From an uncultured Actinomycetota bacterium (GTDB lineage: Bacteria; Actinomycetota; Actinomycetes; S36-B12; UBA10799), in contig CAVPGV010000010.1 of assembly GCA_963704075.1 (NCBI GenBank), positions 8,685 to 72,684 of the forward strand: a DNA stretch of 64,000 nucleotides, read 5' to 3'. Below, in pieces: positions 58,148 through 64,000 of the stretch. Both the position numbers and the translations under genes were made by a program. The notes under the pieces are model-generated. The model was not told the DNA's origin, ran no database searches, and saw only the letters and a program-made list of their open reading frames with translations. Numbering within the stretch: position 1 is the first letter of the stretch; each line of letters opens with the position of its first letter.

Positions 58148-59122
58148 TCAGTGGCTCGCGACCCGCAGTCCGTCCAGGACCGCGGAGGGCCGGATCCATC
58201 CCACGGGCCGACCGCCGCCCAGGACCGGTTGCCGCCGGTGTTCGACCGTCACCGGCGTCACGACTCCCAGGGCCCCGAGAGCGGCCGCAGCCACGACCGA
58301 CCGGGCGCGCTGTGCTCCGTCCTCGATCTTGACGCCGACTCCGAACCGGCGACCGTCCACGTCGACGACCATCGCCTGCACCGCCTCGGCCCCGTCCTTG
58401 GCAACCAGTCCGGGCACCCCGCGCATCACGTGGGTGACGTCGCGGTCGGTGCCCCCGACGAACTCCGGATACGCCCGCATCGCCGCCCCGACCCGCACGC
58501 CGGCCGGCGTGGAAGGCATCGCCTGCAAAGCCCGGGCAAGACCCACCAGGGGAAGCCCGTACAGCGGAGCCCCGCAACCGTCGGTGCTGACCGGCTCGGC
58601 CGGGGCCCCGGCCAGCGACGCGATGGTGTCGCGCAGGTACCGCTGCAATGGGTGGTCCGGCAGGAGGTACTCCTCGGGGGTCCAGCCGTTGATCACGCAG
58701 GTCCACAGCATCGCTGCATGCTTGCCCGAGCAGTTCATCACGACCGGGGCCGGATGCGAGCCCGCCGCCAGGAAGGCATCGCGGGCGGCGGCGCCATAGG
58801 GCAGGTCCGCCGGGCACTGCAGAGCGCTCTCCGTCAGCCCTGCCCGACGCAGGAGTTCGCGCACCCCCTCGATGTGGAAGGGCTCCCCCGAATGGGAGGC
58901 AGCCGCCAGGGCCAGGGATGACCCATCGGTGTCCAGACCCAATTGGACCATTCCGGTGGCCTGCAGCGGCTTGACCGCGGATCGGGGATAGACGACGCGG
59001 TCCGGGTCGCCGAGGTGGGCCACCACTGCAGCGGACTCGTCGACCACGACCACATGCCCCCGGTGTTGAGACTCGACCGTTCCGCTGCGCTCGACCTCGA
59101 CGAGCACGGGGGCGTCGGTCAC
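58148..59122 (-). CDS. Asparaginase (type II Rhizobium-type / asparaginase_II family)
   Basis: ERSGTVESQHRGHVVVVD...YPRSAVKPLQA...AAASHSGEPFH...NCSGKHAAML. Confidence 0.85.
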   Translation of the reverse strand: MTDAPVLVEVERSGTVESQHRGHVVVVDESAAVVAHLGDPDRVVYPRSAVKPLQATGMVQLGLDTDGSSLALAAASHSGEPFHIEGVRELLRRAGLTESALQCPADLPYGAAARDAFLAAGSHPAPVVMNCSGKHAAMLWTCVINGWTPEEYLLPDHPLQRYLRDTIASLAGAPAEPVSTDGCGAPLYGLPLVGLARALQAMPSTPAGVRVGAAMRAYPEFVGGTDRDVTHVMRGVPGLVAKDGAEAVQAMVVDVDGRRFGVGVKIEDGAQRARSVVAAAALGALGVVTPVTVEHRRQPVLGGGRPVGWIRPSAVLDGLRVASH

Positions 59123-59694
59123 GTAGTGCCTTTGAGCGCGCTGTCGGGTTGCGCCTCTCCGCTGCGATACCGTCGTGCGAGCTCTTCAGTCAACTGGCCG
59201 TGCACCTCATGGACGCGGTGGCGCACGTCTGATACATCACGTTCCATGTCGCGCAACTCATCGAGTCGGCCGTCGAGTTGTGCGTCACTCATGGTCGAGT
59301 ACTCATCCAGACCCGCCCGCGCGATAAGCCGCTCGACCGAGCGCCGGCCGGCGCCCGGCGACTCGACGACATCCATCCCGACCGGGTGTTTGCCGGGTCC
59401 CATCTGGGTCGCCAGCGACGACACCAGAGCAGCGATGTCCAGGCCCCGGCTCTCATCGCGGCCGTCGCGGCGCATGGCGACTGTGGCCTCCAGGATGTCG
59501 ATCCGGCCGTGCAACATGCGTCGCAAATAGGACAGCCAGGCCTCTTCGTGGTCCACGAGCAGCCTGCGCTCACGCAAGGTTGCCAACGGGATGGTCGTCA
59601 AATCGGCCAGGAATCCGTCGGCCAGGATCCGATCCAAAGCCCGCTTCCCCTGTGCTTTGACCAACGACACGTCCTTACTGTACGACTTGCGCAC
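59119..59694 (-). CDS. RsiG-family-like protein (c-di-GMP-dependent anti-sigma factor family)
   Basis: LDRILADGFLADLTTIPLATLRERRLLVDHEEAWLSYLRRMLHGRIDILEA and a second helix ERDVSDVRHRVHEVHGQL resemble the ExxxSxxRxxxQxxxD helices (Q replaced by H). The stop overlaps the asparaginase GTG (GTGA). Confidence 0.5.
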   Translation of the reverse strand: MRKSYSKDVSLVKAQGKRALDRILADGFLADLTTIPLATLRERRLLVDHEEAWLSYLRRMLHGRIDILEATVAMRRDGRDESRGLDIAALVSSLATQMGPGKHPVGMDVVESPGAGRRSVERLIARAGLDEYSTMSDAQLDGRLDELRDMERDVSDVRHRVHEVHGQLTEELARRYRSGEAQPDSALKGTT

Positions 59695-59801
59695 CTCGGG
59701 AAGGGTGGAAGTAGCCCACTCGGATGAAATCCGTGCCCGGCCCCACGACTGACAAGCCTGCGGCGTTCAACCGGAGGCGGACGACGACCGAAAACACCGG
59801 T

Positions 59802-60725
59802 ATGGATGTCGCTGCCGAACTCCTGGCGCAGGCCGAGCGTGACGCTACCGGTGCGCTCGACATCGCCTCGAGCGACAACCGAGCGCAGATCGTTCTTCGC
59901 GACGGGAGGGTGGCCACGGTGTCGACTGCCGGCCAAACCCGCCCTGCCCTCGGCATGCGCTTGGTGAGCGGCGGGTGCCTCAGCCTCACCAATCTGGGAG
60001 CCGCCCTGAACACCGCACGTCAGCACCCGCGCATGCGACTGGGCGACGTTCTGGTGCGAATGGGCCTGATAGAGCGCCACGAGGTCGAGGCGGTGGCCTG
60101 GGAGCAGATGAGTGACGACGTCGCGGCCATCCTCACATGGCCCGATCCGACCGCCACCTTCACCGCGATCACTCCCGACGCGGCGCCTCCGGCGGGACCC
60201 AGCGTGCCGGAACTACTCTCGGCGGCCGGGGAACGCCGACTGCGTTGGCAACAGATCGTGCGCGAGATCGGAGGCGCCGACACGGTTCCGCGCCTGGCCG
60301 ACGATGCGTTGGGGGGCAAGGATGCGGCGCTGCGACCCACGGACTGGGCAGTGCTGTGCCGAGTCGACGGCCGGCGCAGCCTGCGTGCCATCGCCGAGCA
60401 GAGCGGGTTCACGCTCATGGAAGCGGCATCGATCCTGCGCGGACTGATGGCGGCCGGCTTCGCCACGGTGCCTGGCATGCATCTGCCGGCGACGAGCACG
60501 CGGCCTCCGGTGTGGCCGAGTCCCGCGACGACAGAGGCCTCCCACCAGTCCTCGCCCCTGCCGCGGACACCTTCGACACCGCCACCGCAGCCGGCCCCGC
60601 CACCGCCTCCCACTGCCCCGGCACAATGGCCGGTCGAGGAGTTCGACGATCCGGCCGACCTGCTGCGGGAGTTGTCCCAGCTCGGCGGTCCAGAGCACAC
60701 CCCGCGGCGACGCGGGTCGCACTGA
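59802..60725 (+). CDS. DUF4388 (PatA-N-like) domain protein with Pro-rich C-terminal tail
   Basis: GALDIASSDNRAQIVLRDGRVATVS...MRLGDVLVRMGLIERHEVEAV...DWAVLCRVDGRRSLRAIAEQSGFTLMEAASILRGLMAAG. The ORF is open from 59724, so an earlier start is possible. Confidence 0.6.
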   Translation: MDVAAELLAQAERDATGALDIASSDNRAQIVLRDGRVATVSTAGQTRPALGMRLVSGGCLSLTNLGAALNTARQHPRMRLGDVLVRMGLIERHEVEAVAWEQMSDDVAAILTWPDPTATFTAITPDAAPPAGPSVPELLSAAGERRLRWQQIVREIGGADTVPRLADDALGGKDAALRPTDWAVLCRVDGRRSLRAIAEQSGFTLMEAASILRGLMAAGFATVPGMHLPATSTRPPVWPSPATTEASHQSSPLPRTPSTPPPQPAPPPPPTAPAQWPVEEFDDPADLLRELSQLGGPEHTPRRRGSH

Positions 60726-60749
60726 CCGCGGGCCGATAGCCTGCTGCCT

Positions 60750-61799
60750 ATGCCGCCCAGGCCACTGACCATAGCCGCCGACGATGACAACGCCGCGTTG
60801 ATCGCGGCCCTTGCGCAACGGCTGGAGACCGACGAACCGACCGCCGGCGCGCCGGTGGACCTCTTGGTGACCTCGCGACCACCGGAGCAACCGGCCCACC
60901 ACATCGCTTTCACCGGTGAACTGAGCGCCGAGGTCGATGCGTGGGACCAGGCCGCGCCGCCTCAGACCGTGGCGGGCGCGCTGTGGATCCCCGCTGGATG
61001 CGAAGCTGCGGAATCGATCGTCGCATGGCTTGCGTTGCGCCGTCAGACTCCCACCACGCCGTTGAGTGACTTGACCGACGCGAACGGCCGGGCCCTGCGC
61101 TGGTCGATCATGTCCGCGACCACGGTGTCCCTGCCGGTCGTTGCGGCTGCTGACGTCGATGAGACTGAAGTCCGGGCCTGGCTCGACGAGCGGCCTCAGG
61201 TGCGAGAGCTCGGCGACGCTGTGGATCGGGTGGGCGGGGACACAGCTGAGACGGTCCTGAAGTCGGCACAACGCTTCCGTGATGCCCTGAATGGCCTCGA
61301 AGAACTGACGGATACACCTGACGCGGCACCGACCCCCACGTTCGACGCCGCGCTCGCCGACCACCTGCGCCAGGTACAGCTGTCGGGTTTGCGTAGGTGG
61401 CGTTCGGGGCGAGCCCGAGCCCAGAGCGCCGAAACCCTATCCACGGCTGCCCGGTCAGTGGCTGGGGACCGACTGCGCACACTGATCCAGGCCCGGCAAG
61501 AGGTCGTGGCCGATCACCGGAGCGCCGAGGTCGCCGAGCAGACGTCCGCAGCCGTGCGGGACCTCCTGCAGGAGGCTGTGACAGGTCTCGAACTGCCGGT
61601 CGCTGTCGATTTCGCCGCAGTGCCCCGCTCGTGGCCGGGCGAGCCGGCGCCCCCGCGGCGGTATGTCCTCCTTCACCCCGATCAGGAACTCGCCGGCAGT
61701 CTCGATGGCGCCGCGGCCCGGGCCAGCGAGGACGTACCCGAGGGCCAAGCCATCTGCATGATCATCCGGTCGGGTTTCAGCCTCCCCGGACTGCGCTGA
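60750..61799 (+). CDS. Hypothetical protein (349 aa), Ala/Asp/Arg-rich, no recognisable motif
   Basis: Long ORF in the same orientation and 25 nt after the DUF4388 gene, with GC3-rich codon usage. No family recalled. Confidence 0.5.
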   Translation: MPPRPLTIAADDDNAALIAALAQRLETDEPTAGAPVDLLVTSRPPEQPAHHIAFTGELSAEVDAWDQAAPPQTVAGALWIPAGCEAAESIVAWLALRRQTPTTPLSDLTDANGRALRWSIMSATTVSLPVVAAADVDETEVRAWLDERPQVRELGDAVDRVGGDTAETVLKSAQRFRDALNGLEELTDTPDAAPTPTFDAALADHLRQVQLSGLRRWRSGRARAQSAETLSTAARSVAGDRLRTLIQARQEVVADHRSAEVAEQTSAAVRDLLQEAVTGLELPVAVDFAAVPRSWPGEPAPPRRYVLLHPDQELAGSLDGAAARASEDVPEGQAICMIIRSGFSLPGLR

Positions 61800-62108
61800 C
61801 CAAGCGACAGCGTTTGCGCGCTGAGTCGCCGGGGGCCTCGTTGCCGCGTCGAGAAGTCCGCTGGCCGACCACCTTTCGAATAGCCCGTGTTGCACCCGAT
61901 TCTGCGTTGCTTCGCGGTTCTGCCGGGGAGGTTGGTCACGCAGAGCCTCATCCCCCGGCCCACCGCAGCCCGACCGACCTCCCTGCCCAGCGCCCGAACG
62001 TCAACGTCAACCGGAGACTCCGCTGCCCCGCATCCCGATTCGTTCAGACCCCAATATGAAGTAGTTGACCCTTGAAATAAATTACAGACCGTCGGCGTTG
62101 AACCTGAC

Positions 62109-62693
62109 ATGACGACCACAAGCATCGCCATTGACCCCCTGTTCTCGCAGGCCCACACCGCCTACTCCTTCGGGCCACAGCCGGTGTCCGACACCGAGTT
62201 GGCAGCGATCTACGAGACGGTCAGATGGGCCCCCACGGCCATGAACAGCCAGCCCCTACGGGTGGCCTACGTGCGCAGTCCCGACGCGAAGGCCGACCTC
62301 GAACCCCACCTCGCCCCCGGCAACGTGGAGAAGATGCGTTCGGCGCCCGTCACCGCGGTTCTCGCCTTCGACAGCGACTGGCACGAGCACCTGCCGGCGC
62401 TGCAACCCTTCGCGACGGACCCACACCTGGCCTGGCAGGACCGGGACAAGCGAGAGTCGATGGCACGGTTCAACGCCAGCCTGCAGGCCGGATACTTCAT
62501 CCTCGGCGTTCGCGCCCATGGCCTCGTCGCCGGTCCCATGGGCGGCTTCGACAAGGCAGGCGTGGACGCCACATTCTTCCCGGACGGCCGCTGGCGCTCG
62601 CTGCTGCTGGTCAACGTCGGACATCCCGGTCCGGAGTCGTTCAAGCCGCGCATGCCGCGACTGGAGTTCGACCAGGCCGCTGTGCTGCTGTAG
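62109..62693 (+). CDS. Nitroreductase-family protein, malonic semialdehyde reductase RutE-like
   Basis: RWAPTAMNSQPLRVAYV...GGFDKAGVDATFFPDGRWRSLLLVNVGHPG. Confidence 0.75.
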   Translation: MTTTSIAIDPLFSQAHTAYSFGPQPVSDTELAAIYETVRWAPTAMNSQPLRVAYVRSPDAKADLEPHLAPGNVEKMRSAPVTAVLAFDSDWHEHLPALQPFATDPHLAWQDRDKRESMARFNASLQAGYFILGVRAHGLVAGPMGGFDKAGVDATFFPDGRWRSLLLVNVGHPGPESFKPRMPRLEFDQAAVLL

Positions 62694-62817
62694 CTGGCCC
62701 AGCGCTCCTGCCGCGAGGCGACCTGCTGCGTTCACCGTCGGGAATCCCCAGCGCGGTTGCCGCCTCGGGCGAAGTATGACGCATCGGGGAGATGCTGTCG
62801 TCTTGCGAGCGGGAAAC

Positions 62818-63984
62818 TCAGCTACCGTGAACGGCTTGCGCCTGCTCATAGACCTCGACGGTGCGCGCCGCAATCCGATCCCAGCCGAAGTCGGAAATGG
62901 CCCGCTCCCGACCTGCGCGCCCCATCTGCCGCGCGCGGGACGGGTCCTCGATGACCTTGTTGATCGCCGTGGCGAAGTCCGCTTCGAACTGTCCCGGCTC
63001 ATCGGCGTCGTAATGGACCAGCCGACCGGTCTCGCCGTCGACGACCACCTCCGGGATCCCGCCCACGTCACTGGCCACGACCGGCGCCTCGCAACCCATC
63101 GCCTCCAGGTTCACGATTCCCAGCGGTTCGTACACACTCGGGCACGCGAAGACCAGCGCATGGCTGAGCAATTGCCTGACGTCGCTGCGCTCGAGGTGGC
63201 CGTTGAGCCAATGGACGCCATCACGCTTCTCGCGTAGCGCGTCGATCGCTGCAGACACCTCTGCGCCGAGTTCCGGAGTATCCGGCGACGCGGCACACAA
63301 CACGATGGGTACCGACTCGTCGAAGTCCTGGGCGGCACGCAGCAGGTGCGCGATGCCCTTCTGCCGGGTGATCCGGCCGACGAAGAGCACGTAGGGCTTC
63401 TCGGGATCCACGCCGTGGCTGATCAGGGCATCGACCTCGTCCACCGGGCGGTAGGCCTGAGTGTCGATTCCGTTGTGCACCACATGGACCCGCTCGGGAT
63501 CCACGAAGGGGTAACAGTCCAGTACGTCCGCGCGCATCCCTGCACTCACCGCGATGATCGCCTGCGCGTTGCGATAAGCGGTGTTCTCAACCCACGACGA
63601 GATCGCGTACCCGCCGCCGAGTTGCTCACGCTTCCACGGCCGGCGCGGCTCCAGGGAGTGTGCTGTGATCACGTGCGGGATGTCGTTGAGCAATCCGGTC
63701 AGGTGACCGGACAGGTTCGCGTACCAGGTGTGGGAGTGGGCGACGTCGCAGTCGGTGACCGCATCGGCCATACCCAGGTCCGCTCCGATCGTCTGCAACG
63801 CCGGATTGGCGTCCAGCAGCGAGTCGGGCACCTGATGTGCTTGGGCGTCCTCGCGTGGTTTGCCCAGGCAGTGCACGTCGACGTCGATGATCTTCCGTAA
63901 CTCCGGCACCAAGTGTTCGACGTGGACGCCTGCTCCGCCGTAGATGAAAGGGGGCCATTCACGGGTCAGAATCGCTGTTCGCAC
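62818..63984 (-). CDS. GT4 glycogen synthase (Rv1212c/GlgM-type alpha-1,4-glucan:maltose-1-phosphate pathway enzyme)
   Basis: MRTAILTREWPPFIYGGAGVHVEHL...FVGRITRQKGI...PSVYEPLGIVNLEAMGCEAPVV. Confidence 0.85.
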   Translation of the reverse strand: MRTAILTREWPPFIYGGAGVHVEHLVPELRKIIDVDVHCLGKPREDAQAHQVPDSLLDANPALQTIGADLGMADAVTDCDVAHSHTWYANLSGHLTGLLNDIPHVITAHSLEPRRPWKREQLGGGYAISSWVENTAYRNAQAIIAVSAGMRADVLDCYPFVDPERVHVVHNGIDTQAYRPVDEVDALISHGVDPEKPYVLFVGRITRQKGIAHLLRAAQDFDESVPIVLCAASPDTPELGAEVSAAIDALREKRDGVHWLNGHLERSDVRQLLSHALVFACPSVYEPLGIVNLEAMGCEAPVVASDVGGIPEVVVDGETGRLVHYDADEPGQFEADFATAINKVIEDPSRARQMGRAGRERAISDFGWDRIAARTVEVYEQAQAVHGS

Positions 63985-64000
63985 GGCTTCAGGCTATTGG

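Noticed and set aside
62065-62093. AT-rich patch (TTGACCCTTGAAATAAATTACAGACC) upstream of the RutE-like gene as a sigma-70-type promoter.
   Set aside because: The hexamers TTGACC/TTGAAA and TAAATT/TACAGA cannot be placed with a 16-18-nt spacer. It may still be regulatory, but I cannot support a specific call.

Overview
Very GC-rich chromosomal core segment of an actinobacterium (Actinomycetota). All calls come from reading the ORF translations and the DNA; no database search was run. Gene order follows well-known mycobacterial neighbourhoods. The first is Rv0991c-Rv1023: fmdB, galU, moeA, rimJ, Rv0996-like membrane protein, pmt, rsmI, metG, tatD, ksgA, ispE, pth, rplY, prs, glmU, mfd, mazG, eno. 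The others are Rv1208-Rv1212c (gpgS ... glgA-type) and Rv0474-Rv0475 (XRE regulator plus an HbhA-like protein). The tsaE-tsaB-rimI-tsaD/alr/nnr block is also present. I count about 70 protein genes, four tRNAs (Gln-TTG, Ala-CGC, Arg-CCT, Thr-TGT), one SAM-I riboswitch and several hairpin terminators. I saw no rRNA, CRISPR, IS/transposase, integrase or recognisable defence island. Points worth a second look: (1) at least 17 single-base frame breaks in 12 conserved genes, including essential glmU, pth and tsaB, most likely consensus indel errors but needing verification; (2) several families of structured intergenic repeats, including two 108-nt copies of a hairpin-forming element and an iteron-like element present in three copies; (3) clean candidate operators, namely twin ATGTATACA palindromes upstream of a CoA-transferase/acyl-CoA dehydrogenase pair and a perfect 20-bp palindrome upstream of the XRE/HbhA-like pair; (4) a SAM-I riboswitch controlling a Zn-ribbon ThrC-like gene (MetM-type homocysteine synthase candidate); (5) poorly characterised proteins: an eRF1-like (baeRF-type) protein, an RsiG-like protein coupled to an asparaginase and divergent from a DUF4388 gene plus an orphan, and the Glp/GlpR (MoeA-like/SepX) divisome module. 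I did not find a convincing new multi-gene system; the candidates are ranked in the findings.
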